Positions 12,632 to 26,265 are shown, counted from the stretch's first letter. The stretch: DNA of 64,000 nt from Lytechinus pictus (GCF_037042905.1 NC_087251.1:49353358-49417357); one strand, 5' to 3'. The notes: a model not told the origin generated them from the letters alone. A program made the numbers and translations.

Positions 12632-15600
12632 TAAAAATGCAATGAAAGAAAATTTTGGGTGGGGGTGTTTGCTAGAACTTGAAATTATTTCAGAGTAAAA
12701 TACAAAAATGAGTAAGCTGCATATTCCATGACATAACAGAGTGGAAATTCACATTACCAAAGTCATAGGAAAATCTGAGTAATTATAAGGGAATTTCAAA
12801 GGAAAGAAGAGGAATTAGCCTAAGTAACTTTCATGATGAAGACAATAGCTTCTTGATGCACTATGTTGGAAGGGGGATGGTAACATTATATATCATGGGT
12901 TGAAAAGAGTTGTGAGTGGAGCGCAAGGGGACTTAACGCTGTCATGACATCCAATGCTATTCCTAGAGTTTCTGCATCCTTCTTCCGAGCCCTCATGGTA
13001 ATCCAACCATCACTTGGAAGACACCATACACCGTCAAGATTTAGAAATGTCTCAGCAATCAAAACTTTAGAAATTCATGTTTAGGAATGGATTTGAGCAT
13101 CTGATAGTGAAGTAGAGAGGAAAAGAATCACTTATTCTGTGTCAAGATAGAAAAAAAAGTTTGATCCCAGACTTGCCGTGTCCTGAAATGGTTAGAATGC
13201 AGAGAAGTGACAAGCAGCTTGGTGTTGGATGGTCGGGAAAAGGCCATGCCTTATTCATGGCGGAATTATGGAGTTACCGCCGCCACGTAATTCAGTATTT
13301 TCAAAGGTCTTTGGTGCTAAGGCGAGCCCTGTGTCGCGTTGCAAACACAGAACTTGAATTACCCCCCTGTGTTATCGCTTGTTCATGCAAATGAGGAAGC
13401 GTTGAATATTCATGGTTTGGGCTAGATTTTCGGGATTGACAGGAAGCCGGCCAGGGGTGAATGTTGTCCCCGGAGAATGGTTGGGGGGGTATGCCGGCGG
13501 GGGAAATGAAGCAATAACAGTTCAAAAAGCCACAGATGTCGGGGAGGAAATGGACACAGGTTGATCAAGTTCAAGTTCAAGTTTAGGCCCTCTCTTGACA
13601 GCTGGATGAAGTAGAGGGGAAAGACAGGAGAAAAAAGGCATTAGCATGTTAAATGGTTAATCAAGTTGGTTCACCCTTTCATCTTTTTACCCTTTTCAAA
13701 TGAAATTCTAAAGAAAAAAATAATATCTTGTGCCACTTTGCATCCTTTAGAACTTTATCTAGCTTTGTCGAAAATGAAGTTGTTTGATTATGAATCAATA
13801 TTCATTATGTATGCAATGAAAAGGTTTGTTTATTTCCAATCTCTAGTGGTAGAGTAAAGGAAGTAGTAGTAGAGTAAAGGAATGAACATGAATTAACTTT
13901 GAAACCCTTTTTATATTTCTGATTAATCCTAAAATCTGTCTTCCCTTTGTCAAGACAAAATATATAACATTTCAAATCTCTCATCTCATTCTTTCTCCCT
14001 CTCCCCTTCTCTTTCTTCCTTTCATTTCTCTTTCCATCTTTGTATCTGAACTGAAATCAGCCTCATAGAGATTGAATAGATATTTTTTGATATCCTGTGC
14101 TAGAACTTTGTGATTACAGACAATAATGCAGTATCTCTGTTTTCTAATTTCTCCCTGACTTCTCAGAATAGACAGTGTGACTCAAGCAGACAGATTTGGG
14201 TCATACAAAATCCCTCTGTTCCACCCAAAACTGTTTGACCTACAAATACAGTCCAGTTTCTACCCAGTTGTACAAAAATGCAATACAATTGTTGATGAAA
14301 TTTCAAAATGTGAATTCAACAAAAACATTCACTAAGAACATACAGCTGTATTGTTTTCATAAGGCAGTACTTATTTGAAAACTTTGCTTTTGACAAACAA
14401 AGAGGGATATAGATTTGTTTTCTGTATGTAATGCTTTGGTTAGTGTATTTTATAAATTGAGAGGGTACCTTGAAGTAGGCCTGTGTTAATGCCATTAAAC
14501 TATAATATATTCTTCATTTGGTATAATCACCCCCCTTCATAATTGCTACTGATTTTTTTTGTATTTTCAATAGAACAGGCATAAGCTTATTGATACAGGA
14601 AGACATTCTTAATTTTGATGTTTGTTTTTTTTTGGCTTAAAATAATTCTACACATTTTATCATGAATATTTAATTAGCCAGCTAATGATGTAATCTTGCC
14701 ATTTCTTTTTCAAATTAAATGTTGATTATTTATTTCATTTATCTTTTCTAGGAATGTGAAATTAGGATTGACTGCTTATTTAATGTGTAAGATCATAGTT
14801 GCTACAACTCCTTTCATTACAACTTGAATTATGATAATTTTATGTGTGGAGAATAAATAATATTTGTAAGATTTCATATCATGAAATAAGATAAACAAGA
14901 ATGGGGACATAATGACATATATAGGTCTGCTTCACTCATACTATGCAATATTTACAATTCAAATTCTATTATTTTGGCTTAGATTGCCCATTTGAAATGA
15001 ATTGAGTGAGTGAAAGAAGAAAGAAAAGAAGATGATGAAAGGAAAGAGAGTGGGAGACAGGGATAGGTAAATAGAGGATGTAGAAGAATTCTAAACCTGT
15101 CTGTTTGGTAGCCATCCCAAGATCACATTGAATCCTTATCTCTCTGTCTGTAACTCAATATTTTACTTTGAATTGTTAGCCTTTTGGATCTAGGAAGAAG
15201 ATATGGGTAGTTTATACAGCAAGTGAAATCAACAAACCAGCTTTGTGTGTCTGCCTCTGTGTATATGAGTAGAGCGCAACCCATAATTATTGCTCAAATA
15301 TCTAACAGTTCAGATTTATTGCTTAATTACTAATCATTTGTGATTTAGTGAGCTTCAAGTGGTTTGCACTAGTTATTGGTCATTCAAATATTTTTTTTCC
15401 TTAACAGTTATTAAATTTAGATGAATAGAAATGGAGTAAAAATATCAGGATATATTGAGCTACTTGTCACATTTTTTTAGCGACTTCAGTCAAATCACTG
15501 CTAGCTGTGAATAGGCCTTATGATATCAGGGTCATGCATGACTTTTCTAAAATCCAGATAAATGAAAATTTTCCGGCATCCAGCTGTCCCCAAGATTAGC

Positions 15601-16339
15601 ACAGGTTGGTGGGTATTATGGGTATTGGTAGCCTCCTATCAGGCTTTTATACAATTATTTTCCCCTGGATTCAATGAATGAATGCTTTGCGTTAAAAAAG
15701 GGATAAGTTATTTTCCATGAATTTGCATCATGAATATTTTCATGATTTTTTAAATTTCTGTAATGTAACTTCTAAAGTGCTGTTGGTTGACTAATTCTTT
15801 TTGCTGAAAAAAATTTACCTGATTAAAACTACATTGGATGTTGCATCTATGTCAGTTTACATACATGTATGTATACAAAACTAGAAAAGTCAGAAATTAT
15901 AGGCTTACTTCTTTTATCCATCTATTAATTCATTATAACATCTTACATTTACGACAAAATATTTTTGAATGATGGTTATTCCCTATTTTCATATAATAGT
16001 AATTGCAATATAGGATCTACATGGATGATTTTTCACTGGTTATTTCCATGAATTTATATAAACTTTATGCTATTTTCAGAGACTAGTTGTTTTACTATTC
16101 TTCTACTTTCTCTCTCTCAAAACTCACCTTGGAGTCATATATTCGGCAGCTGAATATCATACTGAGTTTCTGTGACATGATCATTGAGAAATTCCCTGAA
16201 AAGTGTGCAATATCTATTCTGATCTTTGCAGTTTAAAAAAAATGGTAGAGTTTATGTATCCGAAAGAGTCACGTTGTGATGGAGGTCATCAGAATGTGAG
16301 TTCAAAGACATGAATTTGTTGAGATGTGACTTTGAATAT

Positions 16340-16803
16340 GAGGCCGTTCTCATTACGCTTTCTAAAACTAGTTTACTGGAAGCCGATTCAGGAAACCACT
16401 TTGGAAGATCGCTTTGCTAGCGTTCCCACTTGATCACACGAAAGTGATTTTCAAAATCACTTCACGTAAAGCGCTCTTGTTGCTATGGAAACGCTCTCAG
16501 TGGGGTGACACGTTTCGCGCGAAATTCGAAACCGCAGCATAGGCATTCTACACCTGTCGTGTGGAGTAGCGCGCTCAAAATGTGCGAAAATCGCTTCCCG
16601 AAGAACGGTTGTGTCCTCACTTACGCTAAAACCAGTTTAACGAGGCAAAGCGATCTTGAAAACTACATCGCGAGGTGGTTTTCCAAACTGGTTTGGAAGA
16701 TCGCTTCCAAGACCGCTTTGGCCGTTCTCACTACGCGTTAAACTAGTTTCCACTAAACTAGTTTCCATTAAACTAGTTTTAGGAACGTAGTGAGAACAGC
16801 CTC
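16340..16803. mobile_element. Harbinger-like MITE
   Basis: TIRs of about 35 bp (gaggccgttctcattacgctttctaaaactagttta and its near reverse complement). 3-bp TAT duplication. Internal aaactagttt palindromic repeats. Confidence 0.85.
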
Positions 16804-17798
16804 TATCATACCATGATACCCTAGGAGTAGACTTGGTAAATCCATACTGTTTAGATGTTCAAACTTGCACTTAATTGTTTTGTTTTCAATATCAATTTTC
16901 ATTCTACTCTTTGATTGTGAATATTTGCTTTAATATTATTCTCTCATTTGTCTGCATATATTAAAACTGGAGTGAAATTCCCCTTTAACCATTGTTGAGT
17001 TTTAATGTTAGTTTTGCTGCCACTTCCGTCTTCCTGGGTTCTGTGAACATATATGTGTAGAAATACACAGTCAAAATTAAACATAAGAATGTACATCAAA
17101 TGAGTTGCAATTCACAGTCACTCTATCTTTTAAAAGCATAAACCAGTTACTTGTATATTGATTACATGCATTGCAGTATGAGAATTATTCTATGAAAACC
17201 CAATGTCTTCGGCTGGCATCCACTCATTATCGCTTCACCCAGGCCCAAACCCCTCCATCCCCGGAATTACTCCTGATTAATTTCCCGCAGAGTCCCCCGT
17301 TTCGATCACTGTATCGGGTTGCAGGCATGGAAGCCCAATAATCGTCGGGCAGGGCTTGCTGTGAGTTGGAGGCGGACCCGCTGACCCCCCTTCGCCCTGA
17401 CGGGATCGCCCCTGCTGGGGCTGAAATGCCAAGGGGTGAGGGGTGAGGTGGAGGATGCTATAGAGACAGGGAGAAAGGAAGTGAGGGAGGGAGAATGGAA
17501 CGAGGGGGGGGAGGGATAGAGGATGGAAGATCGAGGAATGGACACTCAGGATTTTCTAGAATATGGCCAAATGTGTACGTTGCTTTCAAAGTTTTGTTTA
17601 AATTACCTTCAATACTTTAATTCTTGTAAATACTATAAACTTGCCTTAACCGCAGTGCCCATTTGATGAAGAATTGTATCACTTGCTGAGTAATCAGGAT
17701 GTGGTTGACATATTTCGGTATAAAGAGTGTTGAAGTTTAAATGCTTTAGATTTGTCAATTAAATATATTTTTTCACATTTTTTGTTTTCCACTTGCAG

Positions 17799-17857
17799 GT
17801 TTATCAATGCGAGGAGACGGATAGTACAGCCGATGATCGACCAATCAAATCGAGCAG
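17799..17857 (+). CDS. MEIS: Meis coding exon (homeodomain helix 3 and C-terminal flank)
   Basis: Acceptor ttttccacttgcag, donor g|gtaaat. Completes the split Trp codon (tg+g) and reads (W)FINARRRIVQPMIDQSNRA. 59 bp, phase 2 to 1, in frame with the previous exon across a 14.9-kb intron. Confidence 0.97.
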
Positions 17858-17935
17858 GTAAATCCGCCGTAGTAACTGTATTCAAGTCTCGTCGGCGTAA
17901 GTCATCACCTAGCCTCTCTCCAGGCTCGTCTCCTG
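17858..17935 (+). CDS. MEIS: Probable alternative 5'-splice-site extension of the Meis homeodomain exon (26 aa, basic and Ser/Pro-rich)
   Basis: The frame stays open past the first donor (GKSAVVTVFKSRRRKSSPSLSPGSSP). Two more phase-1 donors follow: c|gtaagt (GT at 17897) and g|gtatgt (GT at 17936). Full read-through stops at TAA ending 17982. Confidence 0.6.
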
Positions 17936-19984
17936 GTATGTTGTGGGCCTCGACCGATCAGGCCATGGTCTGCAGCCAGTAACCAAAATCAAAGAACCAA
18001 CCAAAAAAAGAAAATCAACCAGAATATCTGCAACTGACCTTCCACAGCCCCCTTGATCGACACACCTGAAAATATCCCCCCCCCCTCCCCTTCCCCTCCA
18101 ACCCCAAACTTCACAAATGAATGGGAATAGGGATCTGAACCAGACCAGATTATGCTGTTTGTGCAACCAAATTTGTCTTGCCCGTAGCTCTGTTATTTCC
18201 TGACTTTTTACTTTTTGGTTGAAAATAATAATCAATTTTCACTTTACTTCGTAGTGACCTTAAAGCGACCACAATCAAAGGGGTTTTAATTGGAATTTCT
18301 GAAGAAAAAAAACTCTTGGAAAAAATCAAGGCCTTAAATTGTCTCGAATAGACCAATATTACTGATTATTATAATGACGATCTGTTGTGTAACATGAATG
18401 CCCTGTCAAATTTTCTCAAACACATCACACTTGCAATCATATAATTCAATAGAATTTATTTGGTAAAGGATATGTGATTGATATCCTGGTTTATCACTGT
18501 TTTGTAATTTTGTTACAATAGACAGAGGCAGAATTTATGTTAATGAATCACACTTTTATAAGATAATGACTGAAACCCAGAGCCCTAAATCTCGCTGTTC
18601 TTTTCAGTCTCCCGTGTTAATGATCCCATTTGGAATGCTCCAAGACAAAATGCCCCTCTCCCAAATCTTGCATCAGCAAAAGTGCAGACACCCCTTCCCC
18701 CCCCCCCCCCTCCAATTATTCTATGAATTTGTATGAAAGCAGGTTTTTACTTCACCTCATATTTGGATATGAAATACCCCATGATTTTACCCCAATTTTA
18801 CCATTGCTGGCTGCCCTGGAAAAAATAAATTCTCCACCCAAATTCTTGCATCAGCTGAAATGCGCATCAGCATTTTGGATGGTGCTCCTGGCAACGGTGA
18901 TGATGATGATGACAGCATGCTGCTCAAGACATTCATAAAGATTTTATGTTATGTTGAAATATGTTTTGTGAGAATTCTACACAAAGATTTATTGTTATCG
19001 ATAGGATGTTTAAACCTGGTATGTCAAAGTTTCTAAAAATTTTGGGACAGCTGGGAAAAAGCTAGATTTTAGAGTTATGATACAAGCAGCAACCTTTTGT
19101 TTCCTAGGAAGATAATAATTAGGAGGTTGTTTTTAGACAATATTAAGTTGCCACGATTGCCATTTTTCTTAAATACAGCTTTTTCTTAACTGCCCTGAAA
19201 ATGTGTAAATTTGAGATTTTTAATCATGTAGATGTCTGTATCTCCCTAGCGACATTATGCAATGGTAGGAAACCAATATTATCCAAAGTTGTGTTATTAG
19301 AAGGAATATAATACTTTTCATTTGTACATAAAGTAGTTGTGCTCCAATTATTTCAAGATATTCATATTTATTCAAATAAGATGGCTGCACATTATGAAAG
19401 GTAAGGTGAAGAGATCTCAGAGTACGCAGTCAGATAATGCAAGAAGCTCCTTGGATAATGCCTCAAAAATAATTCTAAACTTGATTCCTTTATACCTCAA
19501 ATGAAACATATATTGTATTTCAGCTTGTATTTATTTTAATCACTCACTTTTTGTGTTAAGCCCTTGCAACTATTCATTCATTCATTCGCAAACAAGAGAA
19601 AAAAAACCTTCAATTGAAATTTCATCTGACTTTCAATTTCCAAGAGTATCGCTGCCCAGCCGGAAATCACACCAGTATATTCACACCGGAGAACGCATAA
19701 CAAAAGAGGAGAACAAGCTCCGTCCCACGACAAGAATAGAATTACGTACACAAGACTTGCTCCAGCAATCGTGTAGAATAGAGAGAGCGGACTTTAGCGC
19801 CAATTATGACAAAGCTGTCACTTTTGGTGAATGGCGTAACGAATGAGGGGAATGTCAGGGGGTCAGAATGTAGCGCCACTTCAGTTCAATCTGGAGGCGA
19901 AATTCTCACTTATATGATGAAAACCATCAATCACTACTTGCCTGCCTATTTCATTACAAACTTTGTCTTTTCCTCATTACCCCA

Positions 19985-20600
19985 ATCTCCTTCTCATCTC
20001 CTTTCATCTCCATGACTAGGCCTACAAGCTCTTATTCTCGTCAATGTAGAAAGAAAATATATCAGCCCCCCCCCCCATCTGCTCCTCATCTTATTTCATC
20101 TCCATGGCTAGGCCTACAAGTTCTTATTTTAATCAATGCAGACAAAAAATGATCAGACCACCCCCCCCCCTCCATCTCATTCTCATCTTATTTCATCTCC
20201 ATGACTAGGCCTACAAGTTCTTATCTTAATCAATGCAGACAAAAAATGATCAGACCACCCCCCCCCCCTCCATCTCATTCTCATCTTATTTCATTTCCAT
20301 GGCTATGCCTACACGTTCTTATTTTAATCAATGCAGAGAAAAAATGATCAGACCACCCCCGCCCCTCCATCTCATTCTCATCTTCTTTCATCTCCATGGC
20401 TAGGCCTACAAGTTCTTATTTAATCAATGCAGGGAAAAAAATGATCAGACCCCCTGCCCCATCTCCATATCTTCTTTCATATATATGACTGGAACTACAA
20501 GCTCTTTCTCGTCAGTGCGAACAAATGATCAGACCCCCCATCTCATTATCTTATTTTTTTAAATGCAGAAAAAAATGAACACCAGAACCCCCCCCCCCCC
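19985..20600 (+). repeat. Tandem repeat, about 96-bp unit, about 6 copies
   Basis: The unit catgactaggcctacaagttcttattttaatcaatgcagacaaaaaatgatcagacca(C)n... recurs near 20011, 20103, 20200, 20298, 20395 and 20485. Confidence 0.9.
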
Positions 20601-22174
20601 CGATCTACATCCTACCATGTTTCTTACTATTTCTTTATAAAAGTGGGAGTGTATGGATTAATTGTTTTCCCCTAAAGTGGGATTAGGCCTCCTAGCAATT
20701 TTGACAATTTCACTTGAGCCGTTAATGTTTTCAAGTACTGAAAGAGAAGCCACATTTTTGGAGAGTGAAACAAATAGTATGAGTAATGCCTGGCGCTTGG
20801 CTTGTTTTGATACTAAAAATCATATATTTTCAACATTTGTGCTCATGGTGATATTGCTCAATTGTATGGAATTTCTTGGTAATGTTATTGAATTGAATGG
20901 TATGTTTTTAATTTGTAAGTCTGTTAGTCTGTTTTTGTTTATTTTTCATAAGTCTGTAACCAAAATATGTTGGTTAACTTTTGTTCATTTATTATTTTTA
21001 TTTATTCAGAATGACTTTCCTGCATTTAACTCCTTTTTCTATCTAATGAAGGAATAAAGAATATAATTGGAATTTTTTGATTGGCAGAAAAATTATGTTG
21101 CTTAATTCATTTAATTTTGCAGACATATTTTCTAATTATAAGTCCTAGAGATATTACTGTTACTAATGGGCCTTATGGTGGATGGAAAAAATTGTCAAAT
21201 AATCATATTTTAAAGAAAAAAAACAAGATTGCCTCCAAAGTTTTGTAGCTCCATTAATCAAATCAAGAGCTAATTGAGGTATTTTGAATGGAGGCATTTT
21301 GTCTGGGGTTTGGTGGCGGCACAGTCTGGTTCAAAAGGACAAGGCTTACGGATACACATGTTTCTAATCTGTAGCGGGTATGGGAGGGCTTCCACGTACC
21401 GGTAGTATTCATTTGTTGTGTAAACCAGAGTGGATGCGTCACAAATTACCAATAATTATGCATTTAGTTCAATAAATGAAATATGATAGGCAGAAGTAGT
21501 GTGTGGGTTTTTTAAGGGGCGGAGCAGGGGTAATGAGGGTATTGGTGCGTAAAGGGGAGGCCTATATTGTGAAATTGACAATATAGGAGGGGTATAGCAG
21601 AGAATTGGGTCAAATATGCCGTCCACAGAAGGTGAAAATGCTCCAGGAGATAAGTCAGGATTAGATGCTCTTATTAGTATGTGACGGGTGGTGGTGGTGG
21701 AGGGAGGGGAGAAACGGGGGAGGGGTAATGATACAGTAGGCAATGATGGGTAATTATGTGAAAAGTCACCATGTTGCAATGTCAGGATTCAATGGGGAGG
21801 GGTATTGGTATGTAAACTACAATTTGGTAGATTAATGATATAGGTTTTGGGCAACTGGGGCAAATGCATTACTCAGATGATGGGGAACTATGCACTAGCT
21901 GTAGCAAGTTGAATGAAAGAAAATCTGGATTGTGAGTAAGTACTTAAAAATGTTATGGTTGTAGGGGGTTACTGGAATAGGGGAGTGAATGGGATGGGTG
22001 GTGGGTGGATGATAAACTGTTGATAGGATTGGGGGTTGTTAACTCAATCAATGAAATAGTAGATGTTGGTCAATTGTGCTGAATGCTTTGCATCGATACA
22101 GGGGTAGATGATCATAGTCTAGTTCCCTTGCCCAGGGGATTTTTCTCTTTTTTTCTCAGTCTGTGCTCCTTTAA

Positions 22175-22776
22175 AGGTCAAGTCCACCTCAGAAAAATGT
22201 TGATTTTAATAAATAGAGAAAAATCAAACTAGAATAATGCTGAAAACTTCATCAAAATCGGATGTAAAATAAGGAAGTTATGACATTTTAAAATTTCGCT
22301 TATTTTTCACAAAACAATTATATGCACAACTCAATGACATGCAAATGAGAGAGTTGATGATGTCCCTTACTCACTTTTTCTTTTGTTTTTTATTGTTTGA
22401 AATATAGAATATTTCAATTTTTACAGATTTGACAATAAGGACCAACTTGACTGAACCATAAAATGTTAAGGCGATGGTAATTCCACATATCAGGGAGGAA
22501 TGAAACTTTGTTTCAAGGACAATGAGGAGAAAATGGGAATAAACCATTTTTCAGATAATGAAATACAAAAGAAATAGTGAGTGAGTGATGTCATCAGTCC
22601 CCTCATTTGCATACCGACCAGGATGTGCATAGAACTGTTTTGTGAAATTAAGCAAAACTTTAAATGTCATATCTTTCTTATTTTACATCTGATTTTGATG
22701 AAATTTTCAGTGTTATGCTCGTTGGATTTTTCTCTTTTTATTCAAATCAACTTTTTGTTGGGGATGGACTTGTCCT
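22175..22776 (+). mobile_element. Kolobok-like non-autonomous DNA transposon
   Basis: TTAA TSD, AGG...CCT termini, long imperfect TIRs. An inverted homologous copy lies at 60637-61234. Confidence 0.85.
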
Positions 22777-24309
22777 TTAAAGATCACCTATCAATGATTC
22801 TCCTAAAACTCCACTCTGAAGAGAGTGTTGAAATTTAGCTTTTTATGGTATTAGTTAGAAGTCAGTTTAGGAGTGGCATTGTTTTCGCTACCAAAAACTG
22901 ATAGAACTTTAAAAATGAAATCAAAAGAGAAATTACTTAATTTAATAAAAAATGAAAAATATATGTCCACGTAGCCATAGAAAATAAATGTATGGCTGAA
23001 TAGTTTAAAGAAAAAAGGCAGAATTTATGAGTTATTGAAGGTCAAGTAGACGTTGGATGTGAATGAATCTTTTAAAGCCCAACGATTCCTTTCTTCTTTT
23101 ACAAAAAAAAATATTCAATTTCTTTCAAATCTGGCATCAAAACGAAGAAGAGAACTCGAAACCCTGTTCTCTGTGTCTCTACAGACTTGGGGTGTCCTTG
23201 GATTGGGTTTAATTTTATTGGATGAGATAATTAAAGGTGGAGACACTCATCTTCGAGTCACATCCTGACCGACCCACTTGTCCACCGGCTAACCCTGCCC
23301 CCAAAGAACCCAGAACTGACAGCTACGTCAAACTACGCTCACGCTAATTTGTCCGATAGCATAAACAGGTTCACTATGAGATGCGCCTGCCAAATGGGGA
23401 GGAATGAAAAAAGATGGAGAGAGAGAGAGAAAAAAACAAATAAGATGAATTTCATTACAAGGATTTGATGATTGTATTTTTATGAAAAGACAGTTAGGTA
23501 TAAAAATAACAGAGAAATGTTTTTTGTGTATGTCTTTAGTGAATTGGATGTGGTGAAGAAGAACCATGAATCGGTCCTGTGCTCCATCATGGATTTCTTA
23601 TCTAGGACTGGCTTGCTATTTTTGATCACAGGTGCACCTATAATATTTGCAAAGAAAAACAATCTTTAAGAGGGGAAAATAAGATGATATGAAATCATAG
23701 ACAGAAAATTCTTTGAAGTAGGGATAGATATTTTAAAAAAAATTAATCAATCTTTTGGAGTTTTTTAAGGAAGGGGTTGTTGTATACTTATTATGAGAAT
23801 TGCTTTTTATGGACAGGTTTTTTTTTTTTCATTTTACTAAGAATGCACTTTCTAAAACAGCAATAACCAGATAATCTAGAATTAAGTTCACCTTTATTCA
23901 ATATTTCTTAAAAATATATTCTATAAAGACTGAAAATGATAATCCATCAACATAACCCTTTTTTTAGGAAGGGGTTGTAGTATACTTTTCAACTGTTCAA
24001 TAATAAGGTTTTATTCAATCTTTTTTCAAGATATATTTTTTTCAGAAACTAAAAAAAGAAAGATACTTCATCATCATAGGCCCTATATTAAGTCGTCAAA
24101 CAAGGTTTCGGCCAGGGGTCTTTGTTTTTCCATATTTGATACCCATATACATGACAAGTCCATCTTATGGGCAATATAAGAAATTTTCATCATGCCACAG
24201 TTTTTTTAAATACAAAGATCTAAGAGATTAAAATTAGATGTCAAATGCATATAGGCCAACATAATTTTATCTATGTATACGGTAAATGCATACTTTTTAT
24301 ACCCCTATA

Positions 24310-24631
24310 GGTCTGTTTTCTGAAGTCGGGTTTAACCTAGACCACAGTCTAACTCTGTGCTGAAATTGTAGGGAGCCAAAAATTCAAAAAACCTGTTTAT
24401 ATTGTATATTTCTTGTGTTTACTATTTTGTTTCCTTTTGCTTTCATAATGAAGAAAAATACTTCAAATCACTTCTGTTATCATTCCCAAACAATTATGAA
24501 CAATTTGAGTATCAAAAGAGTTAATAAATTGGGTGTGTACTGTTAGGGATTTGTACCCCAATTGGCTCAGCATAGTTAAACCACAACTTTAAACCAGGGT
24601 TTAATTTAAACCCGATTTCAGAGTACGGGCC
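24310..24631. mobile_element. MITE with GG...CC termini flanked by TA
   Basis: ggtctgttttctgaagtcggggtttaa pairs with ttaaacccgatttcagagtacgggcc. Confidence 0.7.
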
Positions 24632-24853
24632 TAAAATGAGCTAAACTTAGATCTTTACTTTTTGAATGAATGTGCTAACAATGACAGAGAAACAAACATT
24701 ACTTGATCATGGGTTTAAAACTAGATATTCTGATTTGGAAACGTGGCTAAAAGAAACACATCCCTCCCATCAGATACAATGTTGTTTTGCATTCACATCT
24801 TAAATCTCCTTGAGAAAGGAGCCTGGCATCCTGAACCTTGGTAATGTTTAGAA

Positions 24854-24902
24854 GGGTCATCTTAGGTCATGTAGGGTCATTTGAGGTCATGTCAAGGGGT
24901 CA
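24854..24902 (+). promoter_or_regulatory. Array of RGGTCA half-sites with 4-nt spacers (DR4-like)
   Basis: GGGTCA-tctt-AGGTCA-tgta-GGGTCA-tttg-AGGTCA, plus a fifth half-site 7 nt later. Function unproven. Confidence 0.35.
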
Positions 24903-25109
24903 CTGAGATAGTGCCTTTCTCTGCAAGAAAATGGGTGCTCTGATTATTTTTCGAAGGCAATGCTGAAAATATTTGGAGAATCCCCTTTGGGTATAAACAT
25001 TTGACTCTCTTTCTCTCTCTCTCTCTATTACCCTCCCACAGCTTTCTCTTGCTCTTATCCTCTCTCTCTCTCTCTCTCTGTATCTCCATCTAAGTATCTT
25101 CCCATTTCT

Positions 25110-25143
<34 letters not shown>

Positions 25144-25934
25144 TCTTTTCATCTCTGTATCTTCCCCTTTCTGCTCATCTCTTATCTCTTGTGCTATAAT
25201 GTGTGAATCCAGGATTTCATAATGAGGGGGGGGGGGGAGGGGGTAGCAGCCCAGAAAATTGATCAATTGTTTGTTTGGCAACAATCTTTTTAGAAGGAGA
25301 GAGGGATAAGAAACATAAAAAACATATTCGACCTAGTGGATAAGATTATTTAGTTATTTAATTCTTACCCCTTCTATAAAGTGTAATGTAGGCCTATTTC
25401 TGATATCTTGAATGGAACTTAAAAGCCTACTGCGATTTTTTTTTCAATCCCATTCTGTAAAATTAACTTTTGTTACATACTTCTAACTACTCTATATATT
25501 GATTCTGCCAGAAAGAGAAGAGTTGCTATTTTTTTTCCACAAAGGAGGGTGTAATCATAATTGCTAGAGGTCAGTTGAGGTCATCTCAGATGGAGAATTA
25601 AGCTCCAGTGAGGAATGTTTCTGTTGAACTTCAACTTGTCTTACTCCCATTTTGCAGGGTGTGCCCATTCTGCCCCAGTCCAAGGGCATCTGGATTATGT
25701 TTGGTTGGAAATGAAATTTGAGAGTTGTTTACATAGAGACCCAATATTACTTGAGAGTAGAGCAGAAAAAAAAGGATAACTCTTGGTCCATTAAATATGG
25801 AATATTTCCAATACCAACCATATCAAGAAATTGAGCATGTATTCTCTTGTTGTTTCACTCAGTTCTTCTCTCATGTCTCTGTATTTTACTTGTATCTAAC
25901 TTCCCTTTGGGCCTTTTCTCTCTCAGTCTCTATC

Positions 25935-26085
25935 TACTTGTCTGTCTATCTATCTGTCTGTCTGTCTGTCTGTCTGTCCGTCCGTCCGTCCATCCAACTA
26001 TCTATCTATCAATATATATGTCTGTCTGCCTGTCTATCTAACTGTCCATCCATCCATCCATCTGTATTTCTATCTACCTCTCTAT
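25935..26085 (+). repeat. Compound tetranucleotide microsatellite (TCTG/TCTA/TCCG/TCCA)
   Basis: Visible directly; explains ORFs 25797..26249 and 25847..26041. Confidence 0.9.
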
Positions 26086-26246
26086 CTCACATGCCTTTTT
26101 TTTCTTGCCTTTTCTCCTTTTTTTTCTCCACTCACTCTACATGTTCTTTCCTCTTTCTCTTATTCACAAATACACTCTTCATTATTGGATTTCATCCAAA
26201 AAAGTCTGCCTTTCTCCTTTTCAAATCAGACTATAGTGACAAATAT

Positions 26247-26265
26247 TGACCTCCAGATGGCGCTC
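26247..26265 (+). promoter_or_regulatory. CTCF-like motif
   Basis: TGACCTCCAGATGGCGCTC aligns with the CTCF consensus TGGCCACCAGGGGGCGCTA at the core positions. Confidence 0.45.

Noticed and set aside
25797..26249. 150-aa ORF
   Set aside because: Produced by tetranucleotide microsatellites.
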